Numbered from the stretch's first letter, positions 8,621 through 17,220 are shown. The stretch is 43,943 nucleotides of DNA from a bacterium (GCA_017431585.1 JAFRKU010000088.1:1-43943), one strand, 5' to 3'. Notes: generated from the letters alone by a model not told the origin. Made by a program: numbers and translations.

Positions 8621-9562
8621 ATGTCCAGTGTTTTACAAAATGATTATTTCCGAGTGACCATTTGCGGCGCCGGCAAGGTGGGGATGACGGCGGCTTATGC
8701 CTTGCTACTGTCTGGTTTTGCTCAGGAAATAACTTTGTTCGGCCGCCATTTGGATAAATTACAGGGCGAAAAATTGGATTTGGAGCATGCTATGGCGCTG
8801 TCGCACAAAACGAAAATCAGTATTACGGATAAGTATGAGGATCTGGCGGGAACGGATGTGTTCGTGTTTTGCGCGGGCGCAGCGCAAAATCCCGGCGATA
8901 CGCGGCTGGATTTGGCTAGCAAAAATTTGAGTATCGTGGACCAAATGGCTCCGCAGCTGCTGGAGGCGGCGCCGGAAGCCATTTTACTGATGGTGGCCAA
9001 TCCGGTGGATTTGATGACCTATCGGGCGCAAGAGCTCATTAATGCCCGACCTGGCCAGATTTTTGGCAGTGGGACTCTGCTGGATACAGCCCGTTTCCGG
9101 TTTCATTTGAGCGAAAGCTTACCGGTGACGAGCCGTTCGATTCACGCTTATGTACTGGGTGAGCATGGCGATCATAGTTTCCCGGTGTATTCGTCTGCGA
9201 CCATTGGTGGCCAAAAAATGCTTGATTTTCCGGGATTTTCTTTTGAGCAAGCGCAGAGTGCGTACCAAAAAGCCCGCGATGCGGCTTACGCGATTATCGA
9301 GAGCAAAGGGGCGACTTATTATGGCATTGGGGCAAGCATTGTCAAAATTGTGCGCTCAATCTGGCGTGACAGCCAATCGGTGCTGCCTTTGTCTACGGTA
9401 CTGTACGATTATTATGGTCAAAGTCAGATGGCGGCCAGCGTGCCCTGTATTTTGGGCCGGACTGGGATTCAACAGGTGCTGAAGGTGGATTTAAACGAAA
9501 GCGAGCAGGCAGCTTTGGCAGCCGGGGTGGCGGCGCTGAAAGATGTGTATAGTAGCGTTTAA
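8621..9562 (+). CDS. ldh: L-lactate dehydrogenase
   Basis: 313 aa, with ICGAGKVGMTAAYAL (NAD-binding site), GAAQNPGDTRLDL (Gln at the substrate-specificity position, as in LDH rather than MDH) and VLGEHGDHSFPV. Confidence 0.85.
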   Translation: MSSVLQNDYFRVTICGAGKVGMTAAYALLLSGFAQEITLFGRHLDKLQGEKLDLEHAMALSHKTKISITDKYEDLAGTDVFVFCAGAAQNPGDTRLDLASKNLSIVDQMAPQLLEAAPEAILLMVANPVDLMTYRAQELINARPGQIFGSGTLLDTARFRFHLSESLPVTSRSIHAYVLGEHGDHSFPVYSSATIGGQKMLDFPGFSFEQAQSAYQKARDAAYAIIESKGATYYGIGASIVKIVRSIWRDSQSVLPLSTVLYDYYGQSQMAASVPCILGRTGIQQVLKVDLNESEQAALAAGVAALKDVYSSV

Positions 9563-9583
9563 ATAGCACAAACTAGGTACTAC

Positions 9584-9612
9584 TTGACAAAAACGTAACA
9601 ATGTGTTATAAT
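9584..9612 (+). promoter_or_regulatory. Sigma-70-type promoter
   Basis: TTGACA 9584..9589, 17-nt spacer, TATAAT 9607..9612, then GTG start 7 nt downstream. The spacer shares GTAACAATGTGT with the promoter at 4726..4754. Confidence 0.55.
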
Positions 9613-9619
9613 CCCGTTC

Positions 9620-10018
9620 GTGAAAAATCGGACGGATACAGCCAACATAATTTTGGGTAGCGCGCTAGGTTTGTCGCTGCTGGGGGTGGTGGCGTGGCAA
9701 ATGAGTCAGCGGACGCAACAATTAATTGACGTCCGGGTGATGCAGGTGGCCGCCAGTGACGGCATGAGTGTGATTTTGCCTCAAGACAGCGTGAAATTTG
9801 ATGATAAGGGGCAGCCTTTCGTGTTGTTGCTGGATCAAAATCGGATGGCTCTACCCTATTTCGTGACGGCTAGCAGTTGGCGGCGCGATTTTTATCGAGT
9901 GGATGGCTTGCGGACCAATGATCTGGTGGTGCTGGATAATAAAGTCGCCGTCGGGCAAATGGTCAATTATAGTTTGATTAATCCAGAAGCTGGCCAAAGT
10001 GGGCTGGTGGAGCGGTAA
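9620..10018 (+). CDS. Hypothetical membrane-anchored protein
   Basis: 132 aa with a GTG start and one N-terminal TM helix (IILGSALGLSLLGVVAW). No recognisable domain. Confidence 0.45.
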   Translation: MKNRTDTANIILGSALGLSLLGVVAWQMSQRTQQLIDVRVMQVAASDGMSVILPQDSVKFDDKGQPFVLLLDQNRMALPYFVTASSWRRDFYRVDGLRTNDLVVLDNKVAVGQMVNYSLINPEAGQSGLVER

Positions 10019-10135
10019 ATATTATAGGATTTTAACCCATTTTGGCGAATTTTTTCCAGGCGAAAAAATGGCATTATGTCCTATAATATATTTTTATGAA
10101 AAGTTTTCCTCGAGTAAAGAAAAAATATTATAGGA
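10018..10135 (+). repeat. Left arm of a ~118-bp inverted repeat pair (composite of three 12-mer motifs)
   Basis: Contains AATATTATAGGA at 10018..10029 (+), 10079..10090 (-, 11/12) and 10124..10135 (+). The reverse complement of 13093..13211 matches it. The first 19 nt are identical, the last ~57 nt have 2 mismatches, and the central ~40 nt are diverged. Confidence 0.8.
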
Positions 10136-10146
10136 TATTTGCAGGG

Positions 10147-10223
10147 TGGTGGCCGCACTAGGATTCGAACCTAGGACCTCTCGAATGTGAATCGAACGCT
10201 CTAACCAACTGAGCCATGCGGCC
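10147..10223 (-). tRNA. tRNA-Val (anticodon CAC), CCA encoded
   Basis: Minus strand reads GGCCGCA-TG-GCTC-AGTTGGTTA-GAGC-G-TTCGA-TTCACAT-TCGAG-AGGTC-CTAGG-TTCGAAT-CCTAG-TGCGGCC-A-CCA. This is a full cloverleaf with a 7-nt anticodon loop carrying CAC. TGTGGTATAAT lies ~45 nt upstream on the minus strand (-10 at 10278..10273). Confidence 0.9.
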
Positions 10224-10269
10224 ATTTTGCTCTGATAAGAACCTACTTGATATGATATAATCAAGTTCT

Positions 10270-10983
10270 ATGATTATACCACAAAAAATGACTGCTCGAC
10301 TGAGCAAAATGGAGCAGTTTAATGACAGATTTTGGCATTTCTGGTTTCAACTAGAGACGGGCCAACAATTAGAACGTCTGGCGGGTCAATACGTATCGAT
10401 TTTGCTACCAGATGGGCAAAGACGGGCCTATTCTATGGCGGATGAGCCTAAGACGCAGCAATTTGAGCTGTTGATTGATATGCTCCCGGCGGGAGCAGGC
10501 GTGACCTATTTGCGTCAGCTGCAGCCTGGCGAGACGGTGGAAATTTTGGCGCCCTTGGGGCAATTGGTGGTCAAAGGCCGGGCGGCGCAAAATTATTTGC
10601 TGGCCAGCGGAAGCGGGATTTCGCCCTTGCGCTCGATTGTCCGTGATCAGCTGCTGACCCAAAAAAATACTGATGAATGGACTTTAATTTGGTCAATGTC
10701 TCATGAAAGCGACTTTTTTTGGCGGGATGAGTGGGCGCAATTGGCAGCAGGACACCAGAATTTTGACTATTATTTATTGGCTGATGACGCTACAGGTGAG
10801 GGTGGGATCCAAAAAATGTTCGTGCCGGAACAACTAGCGCTGCTCTCCCCGCCCGCCGAGAGCCATTTCTATCTGTGCGGTGGGCCGGTGATGATGGCAG
10901 CGTGTCAAAAATGGCTGACGGAGCATGGTTTCGGGCCGGAAATGGTGACGCTGGAGCACTTCCAAGTGCCCAAAAGAGGCTAA
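10270..10983 (+). CDS. Ferredoxin-reductase-type FAD/NAD(P)-binding oxidoreductase
   Basis: 237 aa. R-A-Y-S (FAD-binding RxYS), LLASGSGISPLRSIV (NAD(P)-binding GxGxxP) and C-terminal YLCGGPVMM are all typical of the FNR-like family. TGATATAAT ends 8 nt before the ATG. Confidence 0.7.
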   Translation: MIIPQKMTARLSKMEQFNDRFWHFWFQLETGQQLERLAGQYVSILLPDGQRRAYSMADEPKTQQFELLIDMLPAGAGVTYLRQLQPGETVEILAPLGQLVVKGRAAQNYLLASGSGISPLRSIVRDQLLTQKNTDEWTLIWSMSHESDFFWRDEWAQLAAGHQNFDYYLLADDATGEGGIQKMFVPEQLALLSPPAESHFYLCGGPVMMAACQKWLTEHGFGPEMVTLEHFQVPKRG

Positions 10984-11111
10984 AAATGGGGCAAAAATGG
11001 CCAAAAGCCGAAAAATACCCGAAACTTGTGTTAATTGCCCCTTGACAAATTGACAAAAATGTGGAAAATACGATATATCAGACGTATTTGATATAGAAAG
11101 GCTGATTAAAA

Positions 11112-11603
11112 ATGAAAAAGTACCTCCCATTTATTTTGCCCGCAGCGGCATTGGTTCTTGTGGTATATTTTGGCTGGCGATGGTATCGCTCGCGAAATGT
11201 GGAAAATTTGCCCGCACCAGAGGTGACGGCAGAAACTCCTATTGCCACTTTGCCGGCTGATGAGCGCACGGCTTTGGATAAAATTGCGCGAGGTTTGGGC
11301 AATTATCAGACTAGTCAGATGACGCCGAGTTTGAGCGAGGCGATGGGCGAGATTCGCTATGAAATTGTCGACGGCCGGGTGCGGTTTGCGGTGAATGCGA
11401 ATTTGCCTGTGGATGACGGCGAAGTTTACCGACTGTTTTACAAAACTGCTGGGAGCGATGATTTTCAAGAAGGTAGCACTTTGTCGGCCGGAAAAGGTGG
11501 TTTGATAGCTTCAAATGCCGTGTCTGTAGACGATTTGCCGCTGAGTGTCCAGGTTCGACTTTTGGACCAAGTGATTTTGGAAGGGCAAATTCAGGCAAAT
11601 TGA
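11112..11603 (+). CDS. Hypothetical membrane-anchored protein
   Basis: 163 aa with an N-terminal TM/signal anchor (LPFILPAAALVLVVYFGW). GAAAGG lies upstream of the ATG. A fourth copy of AATTGCC(C)CTTGACAAA (-35 at 11042..11047) lies upstream. Confidence 0.5.
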   Translation: MKKYLPFILPAAALVLVVYFGWRWYRSRNVENLPAPEVTAETPIATLPADERTALDKIARGLGNYQTSQMTPSLSEAMGEIRYEIVDGRVRFAVNANLPVDDGEVYRLFYKTAGSDDFQEGSTLSAGKGGLIASNAVSVDDLPLSVQVRLLDQVILEGQIQAN

Positions 11604-11606
11604 CCC

Positions 11607-11635
11607 TTGACAAGCCAAGGGACTTGGGGTAAACT
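11607..11635 (+). promoter_or_regulatory. Putative promoter for the 68-aa gene
   Basis: TTGACA 11607..11612, 17-nt spacer, TAAACT 11630..11635. The ~55-nt leader ends in GAAAGG 6 nt before ATG 11693. Confidence 0.4.
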
Positions 11636-11692
11636 CGAGGATAGTACAAAGTAGCCGGGGAAGCCAAGGCATACCGGACACGAAAGGTAACG

Positions 11693-11899
11693 ATGGCAGC
11701 ATTCAGTTACACTAACAAAAAGGGTCAGGAATATTTCCTGCACACTAAAGAGGTGACGCTCAAAAACGGTCGTAAACAACGCATCTATTTCTTCGCTCGT
11801 GAAGTTCGTGATGGCAGTTTGGAGCAAGTGCCAGCTGGTTACACAGTGGTGGAAACTGTGCGCACTGGTATGCCGGTTTTGAAACGCACCAACAAATAA
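11693..11899 (+). CDS. Small conserved-looking basic protein, unknown function
   Basis: 68 aa (MAAFSYTNKKGQEYFLHTKEVTLKNGRKQRIYFFAREV...). It has its own promoter, an SD-like GAAAGG and a strong terminator. Confidence 0.5.
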   Translation: MAAFSYTNKKGQEYFLHTKEVTLKNGRKQRIYFFAREVRDGSLEQVPAGYTVVETVRTGMPVLKRTNK

Positions 11900-11921
11900 T
11901 TGGTCAGTAAAAATAACCAAA

Positions 11922-11945
11922 CCCGCCTCATAGAGGCGGGTTTTT
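11922..11945. terminator. Hairpin terminator between convergent genes
   Basis: CCCGCCTC-ata-GAGGCGGG followed by TTTTT on the plus strand. The minus-strand side is followed by TTTGGTTATTTTT, so it may also serve pheS. Confidence 0.7.
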
Positions 11946-11977
11946 GTTGGTGTATAAATGTTTTTAAGAGTAATGGC

Positions 11978-13030
11978 CTAGAATTGTTGCAAAAATTCTA
12001 AGTTGCCGTTGTAAAAATTACGAATGTCGGGGACGTCAATATTGTCTTGCAAAGTGTAGGTCCGCTCTATACCCCAACCGAAAGCAAAGCCGGTATATTG
12101 GGTAGGATCGAGGCCGCAGGCTTGCAGTACATGGGGATGAACCATCCCCGCACCGCCTACTTCGTGCCAACCGCTTTTGCAAAATTTGCATTTGTCGCCA
12201 TTGTCCGTCTGGCCAGTACCGTGGCAGAAGTGGCACGAAAAATCGATTTCAAAACTCGGCTCGGTGAACTGAAAATGGAAGGGGCGAATGCGCGAGCGAC
12301 TGTCTGGGCCGTAAAACTCGCGGGCGAAATAGTCGAGTACGCCTTTCAGATGCGTAATATTGACGTCTTTGTCCACCATGAGCCCTTCGAATTGATGAAA
12401 CATTTGGGTGTGGGTGACGTCTTGCTGACGGCGGTAGGTGCGGGCGATATTGATCATGCGAATCGGCGGTTTTCCCAGGCGCAACATTTCGTGCACTTGA
12501 CCATTGGATGTGTGAGGAGTCATGACCCAGCGAATGTGCTGGTGACCGGGTGTCCCGGGGTGGTGGACAAAAAATGTCTCCCACTCGTCGCGTGCCGGAT
12601 GACCGGGGGCCATGTTGAGGCGGCCAAAGACGTTTTCGTCGTCGTCGAGTTCCGGATGACGCACCCGAATAAAACCTAAGCGACCGAAAATATCGGTGAT
12701 TTGCTCGATCATCTGACTGACAGGGTGTAAATGGCCCACGGGGGTATCGGCGGCCGGTAGGGTGAAATCCAGGGCGGGCGTGGGGGGCGCAGTGACGGTG
12801 GCCACATTTTTTTGGGCAGCGATGGCTTCGAGACGACTTTTGAGGTCGTTGAGCGCTTGGCCGGCGGCTTTTTTGTCGTTGACGGCGCGAATATCGGCGC
12901 TAATCTGCTTGAATAACCCCTTTTTACCTAAATATTTAGTTGACCAATCGGCACTATTGTCGGCCTGGGCTTGGGCTGCCAGCTGCTGGAGGCGGTTGGC
13001 AAATTCAGTCAGCGAGATGGTTTGTGACAT
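11978..13030 (-). CDS. pheS: Phenylalanine--tRNA ligase alpha subunit
   Basis: Class II core motifs (FRPGHPARDEWETFF-like HPARDEWETFF, RTYRRQ.D.THTQMFHQFEGL, GFAFGWGIERT) and a CxxC...CxxC knuckle as in many PheS. Start moved from the track TTG (13054) to ATG 13030 (MSQTISL...), which lies 9 nt after TGGTATAAT (-10 at 13045..13040). Confidence 0.9.
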   Translation of the reverse strand: MSQTISLTEFANRLQQLAAQAQADNSADWSTKYLGKKGLFKQISADIRAVNDKKAAGQALNDLKSRLEAIAAQKNVATVTAPPTPALDFTLPAADTPVGHLHPVSQMIEQITDIFGRLGFIRVRHPELDDDENVFGRLNMAPGHPARDEWETFFVHHPGTPGHQHIRWVMTPHTSNGQVHEMLRLGKPPIRMINIARTYRRQQDVTHTQMFHQFEGLMVDKDVNITHLKGVLDYFAREFYGPDSRSRIRPFHFQFTEPSFEIDFSCHFCHGTGQTDNGDKCKFCKSGWHEVGGAGMVHPHVLQACGLDPTQYTGFAFGWGIERTYTLQDNIDVPDIRNFYNGNLEFLQQF

Positions 13031-13092
13031 ATGGAGGCTATTATACCATATCAAGCCGGCGGAAGCACGAGGAAAAGGGGCGCAAAATTATA

Positions 13093-13211
13093 TCCTATAA
13101 TATTTTTTCTTTACTCGAGGAAAATTTTTTATAAAAATATATTATAGGATTAATAACCGAAACTTTGCCTGGATAAAAAAGGCGAAAATTGAGTTAAAAT
13201 CCTATAATATT
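13093..13211 (-). repeat. Right arm of the ~118-bp inverted repeat pair
   Basis: Reverse complement of the 10018..10135 block. 12-mer copies at 13093..13104 (-), 13138..13149 (+, 11/12) and 13200..13211 (-). Confidence 0.8.
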
Positions 13212-13242
13212 TAGGACACAGCGACCACTTCTCTGCTCACTC

Positions 13243-13271
13243 TTGACAAAAGTGGCACTTTTTGGTATAAT
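13243..13271 (+). promoter_or_regulatory. Sigma-70-type promoter
   Basis: TTGACA 13243..13248, 17-nt spacer, TGGTATAAT (-10 at 13266..13271). The ~50-nt leader ends in GGAGGTG about 9 nt before GTG 13325. Confidence 0.6.
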
Positions 13272-13324
13272 ATTGGCCAGTTCTTTAGCAAAATAGTTCA
13301 TCTTAATTTTGGAGGTGTTGGTAC

Positions 13325-14074
13325 GTGTGTAAGAGGTTGGATGCGTGGTTGGAGGCCTGTCAGTGCCTCAACCCACAGCGGGTCAGTGAGTTGCTGACTA
13401 GCGGCGAAGAGCTACACTTGACCACGATTAATTTTCTGCAGGTGCACGATGAAGTGCTCCTGTTGGGGTTAGCCCGCGGTTGCGACTTGGCGAAAAATTT
13501 CGCTGCTAAGGCAGTGATCGCTGGGTATAAGAGCGCTTTTGCGGCCAACAAAAAGCCGATGATGGTGTCGCACAATAAACGCGTGCGAGCCTGGGGCGAC
13601 AAGTTGGCAGCACTGGCGCGGATCGTCGCGGTGCCCGTCCATTATAGTTTTTCCATCTGTACCATGGTGGAAAAATGGCTGGATGCGCGAGAGCAAACTT
13701 TTGCCGGGCATTTTATTGCCCGGACGGATGCAGGCTTTTGCCACGGAGACTGGGAACAGCAACTTCGGGCGGAACAGGGCAAACTGTTGCAGGCTTTCGC
13801 CAAGCGCGGTTTGCAGACGGAAAGCTTGGAGCTGGTGGATCACTTCGTGCTTAATGGTTATGCCAACTGGCAGCATCAGACGCATGAAGTGGTGGATAGC
13901 CTGGTGGAGCGGGCACTGGGGGACTTACAAACGGCGGACCAAAAGGTGATTTTAGTCGATGTTCAGGGAGTTTTTTCTGACAGGCGGCTGGCTCGGCAAG
14001 TGCGACGCTTGGGGGTACCGGTGATCGGTTTGGTGGATTTGCCGGCGCCAACGGGCGCAGTGAGCTATTTTTGA
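13325..14074 (+). CDS. Hypothetical protein
   Basis: 249 aa with a GTG start behind a strong GGAGG, its own promoter and its own terminator. No family recognised. Confidence 0.5.
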   Translation: MCKRLDAWLEACQCLNPQRVSELLTSGEELHLTTINFLQVHDEVLLLGLARGCDLAKNFAAKAVIAGYKSAFAANKKPMMVSHNKRVRAWGDKLAALARIVAVPVHYSFSICTMVEKWLDAREQTFAGHFIARTDAGFCHGDWEQQLRAEQGKLLQAFAKRGLQTESLELVDHFVLNGYANWQHQTHEVVDSLVERALGDLQTADQKVILVDVQGVFSDRRLARQVRRLGVPVIGLVDLPAPTGAVSYF

Positions 14075-14086
14075 GGAAGGACGTGT

Positions 14087-14111
14087 GCCCCGGAGTATTC
14101 CGGGGCTTTTT
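14087..14111 (+). terminator. Rho-independent terminator
   Basis: GCCCCGGA-gtat-TCCGGGGC followed by TTTTT. Confidence 0.75.
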
Positions 14112-14129
14112 CGTGGTATAATAGCGGCC

Positions 14130-15236
14130 ATGCAAAGATGGTGGACTAAGGTGTGGTTGTTTGTAGTCAGTTTGGTGATACTGGCGCCAGGGGCGCGGGC
14201 GGCAGAAAATATCGAAGCCATCGTCCGAGAAGTGGTGGAGGAAAAAATAGTCCAAAATTCCGGCCAAAGTGAGCCACAAACGATCCAGACGCTCAAGTTG
14301 GAGTTGACTAGCGGGACGGCGGCGGGGCAACTGATTTCGCTGGAAAACGGGAATTTGCCGGTGACGCATCAGGAAAAATATGCGGTGGGTGACCGGGTGA
14401 TGGTTTATAATACACCGGAGACGGATGAGTACACGATTGTGGACATAGTGCGCCGGCCGGCTTTGGGCTGGTTGGCGGCGATTTTTGTGGTGAGCGCGCT
14501 GGTGGTGGGCCACTGGCAGGGTGCGACGTCGCTGCTGGGCTTGGCGGGCAGTTTTGCGGTGGTTTTTTACTATACTTTGCCTCAGATTGCGGTCGGGCGT
14601 GAGCCGATTGGTGTGGTGATCGCCTCTTGTCTGGTGATTGTGCCAATCATTTTCATTTTGTCACATGGGTGTAACAAAACGACGTGGGTGGCGATCGCTG
14701 GGACGCTGGTGGCGATGGTGCTGACCGGCTGGTTGATCGTGTGGTTCGTGGGGGCGGCCGGTTTGACGGGCTTGGCTTCGGAAGAGGCGGGTTTCATCGT
14801 GGCTCAGTACGGAGATTTGATCAAAATGGGCAATTTGCTGATTGCCGGGATGTTGTTTGCCACGCTGGGTGTGCTGGATGACGTGACGATTTCCCAGGCG
14901 GCGATCGTGGAAGAGTTGAAAAAAGCCAATAGTGACTTGTCTGCCTGGCAATTGTATACCCAGGCGATGAAGTTGGGCCGCGATCACATCGCGTCGATGA
15001 TTAACACGCTGATTTTGGTTTACGCCGGGGCTAGTTTTCCGCTGTTGCTGCTGTTTACTTATAGTCAGGAAAATTTGGCGACGGTGATTAATATGGAACT
15101 GATTGCCGAAGAATTAGTGCGGACTTTGACCGGTAGTATCGGGCTGATTTGGGCGGTGCCGATTACGACGATTTTAGCGGTGGTGGTCAATAGTTGGTCA
15201 CATGATAGACAAAATGTGCACAAAAGTGCAAAATAA
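14130..15236 (+). CDS. YibE/F-family integral membrane protein
   Basis: Signal/TM N-terminus followed by multi-TM body. The block LLIAGMLFATLGVLDDVTISQAAIVEEL...GRDHIASMINTLILVYAGASFPLLLLF is characteristic of YibE/F. Start moved to ATG 14130 (MQRWWTK...), 7 nt after TATAAT 14117..14122. Confidence 0.7.
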   Translation: MQRWWTKVWLFVVSLVILAPGARAAENIEAIVREVVEEKIVQNSGQSEPQTIQTLKLELTSGTAAGQLISLENGNLPVTHQEKYAVGDRVMVYNTPETDEYTIVDIVRRPALGWLAAIFVVSALVVGHWQGATSLLGLAGSFAVVFYYTLPQIAVGREPIGVVIASCLVIVPIIFILSHGCNKTTWVAIAGTLVAMVLTGWLIVWFVGAAGLTGLASEEAGFIVAQYGDLIKMGNLLIAGMLFATLGVLDDVTISQAAIVEELKKANSDLSAWQLYTQAMKLGRDHIASMINTLILVYAGASFPLLLLFTYSQENLATVINMELIAEELVRTLTGSIGLIWAVPITTILAVVVNSWSHDRQNVHKSAK

Positions 15237-15242
15237 TGGCTT

Positions 15243-15932
15243 TTAATCCAAATTTTTTGCAATGGTTTCTGCGATGAGACGATCGCTGGGATAAGTAATT
15301 TTCATGTTTTGGCTGGTGCTGGCGATCACCGAGACGGGCTGTTGCAAAAAATGAGTGACGAGCTCGACGTCGTCGGTCATCTGCTGGTAGCCTTGAGACA
15401 AGGCGGTCTGGTAGGCGCGGGTGATAAGCTTGCGGCGGAAAACTTGAGGCGTTTGGGCCAAAAAGACCAGTTTTCGGTCGATGCTGCCGGTGATTTCTCC
15501 TGACGCATCGGCAATTTTGATGCTGTCGGTGGCGGGGGCGGCTACGAGAGCGGCGCCAGACTTGCTGGCGGCTAAAAAGGCCTGTTTGATTTGGAGTGGT
15601 TTGATAAAAGGTCGGGCGGCGTCGTGGATGGCGACTAAGTCGCCGGTGGCATGCTGGATGCCGAGCCAAGATGATTGCCAACGTTCAGCCCCACCAGCGA
15701 TAAATTGCAAGCGGTCAGCGGGGAAAAATGAGGCTAGGCGTTGTTGGTGGCTGGCGAGTAAATCGGGATGAGTGACGACGATGATTTGGTCGCACCAGGG
15801 CTGATCAAAGGCGCGCAGCGTGCGGACAATGACCGGTACACCGGCAATATCTAGCCAGAGCTTATCGCCGCCAAAACGCTGCCCGCTCCCGGCAGCGACA
15901 ATAATACAACTAGTCGAAAAACCAGCTAACAT
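15243..15932 (-). CDS. ispD: IspD/TarI-family sugar-phosphate cytidylyltransferase
   Basis: IIVAAGSGQRFGGDKLW...VAIHDAARPF, typical of 2-C-methyl-D-erythritol-4-P / ribitol-5-P cytidylyltransferases. The substrate cannot be decided from sequence. Start moved to ATG 15932 (MLAGFST...), 6 nt after TGGTATAAT (-10 at 15944..15939). Confidence 0.75.
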   Translation of the reverse strand: MLAGFSTSCIIVAAGSGQRFGGDKLWLDIAGVPVIVRTLRAFDQPWCDQIIVVTHPDLLASHQQRLASFFPADRLQFIAGGAERWQSSWLGIQHATGDLVAIHDAARPFIKPLQIKQAFLAASKSGAALVAAPATDSIKIADASGEITGSIDRKLVFLAQTPQVFRRKLITRAYQTALSQGYQQMTDDVELVTHFLQQPVSVIASTSQNMKITYPSDRLIAETIAKNLD

Positions 15933-15967
15933 GACGTTATTATACCACAGTTCTTTAGCAAACACGC

Positions 15968-15996
15968 TTGCATTTTGCTAACTTTGGGGGTATAAT
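15968..15996 (+). promoter_or_regulatory. Sigma-70-type promoter of the J-protein gene
   Basis: TTGCAT 15968..15973, 17-nt spacer, TATAAT 15991..15996. Confidence 0.55.
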
Positions 15997-16005
15997 ATGG
16001 CTCCT

Positions 16006-16878
16006 ATGGCAGCAAAGAGAGATTACTATGAAGTTTTAGGCGTGGCTAAAACGGCGACAGCGGACGAAATTAAGTCGGCGTATCGCAAAATGGCCCTCAA
16101 GTACCATCCGGATCGCAATAAAGCGCCGGATGCGGAGGAAAATTTTAAGCAAATCAATGAGGCGTATCAAGTTTTAAGCGACGAGAAAAAGCGCCAGACG
16201 TATGACCAGTTTGGTCACGCGGCTTTTGATCCGGCGGCCGGCATGGGCGCTAATCCGTATGGCGGCGGTTTCCAGCAAGGACCTTTCACCTGGACTTATA
16301 GCAGCAGTAGCGGCGGGAGTCCTTTTGCTAATGTGGATTTTGGTGATCCGTATGAGGTTTTCAACAGCATTTTTGGCAATGGTGACGGTGGTTTCGACCA
16401 GGTGTTTCGCCGGCAGCGGGCGCCACAGTACGCAATGAATTTGACTTTCATGGAGGCGGCTTTGGGTTGTCAAAAGACGGTGGAAGTCGAGGGCAAAACG
16501 CACACGATTCGGATTCCGGCCGGGGTGGACGATGGGACGCGGATCCGATTTGGCAATTTTTATGTGACTTTTGACGTGGCGACTGATCCGTATTTCCGTC
16601 GGCAAGGGGCGGACTTGTATGTGGACGTCAGTGTTCCGGTGTCGCAACTGTTTTTGGGCGGCACCATTAAGGTAAAAACCTTGACTGGGAGCGTGAAACT
16701 TAAAATCAAGGAAGGCACGAGTGCCTCCACGATGGTACGTTTGAGCGGTCAAGGGGTGCCGCGTTTGAGTGGCTTGGGGGCGGGCAGCATGTATGTGCGC
16801 CTGGTGGCGGATATTCCGCGCAAATTATCGCGGGAACAAAAGCAAGCGGTGAAAAATCTGCAAGCGGCGGGTTTGTAA
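16006..16878 (+). CDS. J-domain co-chaperone (DnaJ/CbpA-like, no zinc-finger domain)
   Basis: [13 protein letters not shown]...[13 protein letters not shown] (HPD motif), a G/F-rich linker, and C-terminal beta-domains. No CxxCxGxG repeats. Start set to ATG 16006 because the track ATG at 15997 abuts the -10 box. Confidence 0.85.
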   Translation: MAAKRDYYEVLGVAKTATADEIKSAYRKMALKYHPDRNKAPDAEENFKQINEAYQVLSDEKKRQTYDQFGHAAFDPAAGMGANPYGGGFQQGPFTWTYSSSSGGSPFANVDFGDPYEVFNSIFGNGDGGFDQVFRRQRAPQYAMNLTFMEAALGCQKTVEVEGKTHTIRIPAGVDDGTRIRFGNFYVTFDVATDPYFRRQGADLYVDVSVPVSQLFLGGTIKVKTLTGSVKLKIKEGTSASTMVRLSGQGVPRLSGLGAGSMYVRLVADIPRKLSREQKQAVKNLQAAGL

Positions 16879-16881
16879 AAG

Positions 16882-17220
16882 TTATTTGCGGCCGCCAAAA
16901 ATTTTCCAGACTGAGCGAGGTTTGTGGGCTTGCCAATCGGCGTGGGTAGTGGGAGCAGCAGCGGCTTGTGCTTGGGCTTGTTTTTGCCCAATTTGGGCAA
17001 TTTGAGCGCGCAACTGGGCTATTTCGGCCTCTTCTTGCTCGTGTTTGATAACGACGGCTTGGCGGGCTTGGTTGTTGGCGCGCGCTTGAGCGAGTAAGTT
17101 GGCGGTATTGGGCGTTTGAGTGAAATTGGCTCGGAGGCGATCATTGAGCGTCTGACCAGATAAAACGCTGGCAGCTGGCACGGGCAGATGATTGAAATCT
17201 ATTTTATCGCTGGTGGGCAT
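16882..17220 (-). CDS. Hypothetical Q/A-rich coiled-coil protein
   Basis: About 112 aa. ATG 17220 lies 7 nt after TGATACAAT (17236..17228). The stop is only 3 nt from the stop of the convergent J-protein gene. Confidence 0.4.
   Translation of the reverse strand: MPTSDKIDFNHLPVPAASVLSGQTLNDRLRANFTQTPNTANLLAQARANNQARQAVVIKHEQEEAEIAQLRAQIAQIGQKQAQAQAAAAPTTHADWQAHKPRSVWKIFGGRK

Noticed and set aside
10018-13211. Composite transposon or genomic island delimited by the inverted repeats.
   Set aside because: The enclosed genes are housekeeping (tRNA-Val, pheS). No transposase, integrase or target-site duplication was recognised. It is reported instead as a potentially invertible segment.
13325-14074. 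Divergent ribosomal protein uS2. It is 249 aa, and the C-terminal VILVDVQGV...RRLGVPVIGLVDLPAP resembles the uS2 ...FVID...LGIPVIALVDTN... segment.
   Set aside because: The N-terminal two-thirds lack the uS2 hallmarks (GVHFGHQTRRWNP, VGTK), and the protein is not basic. The similarity is a single strand-loop motif common to flavodoxin-like folds.
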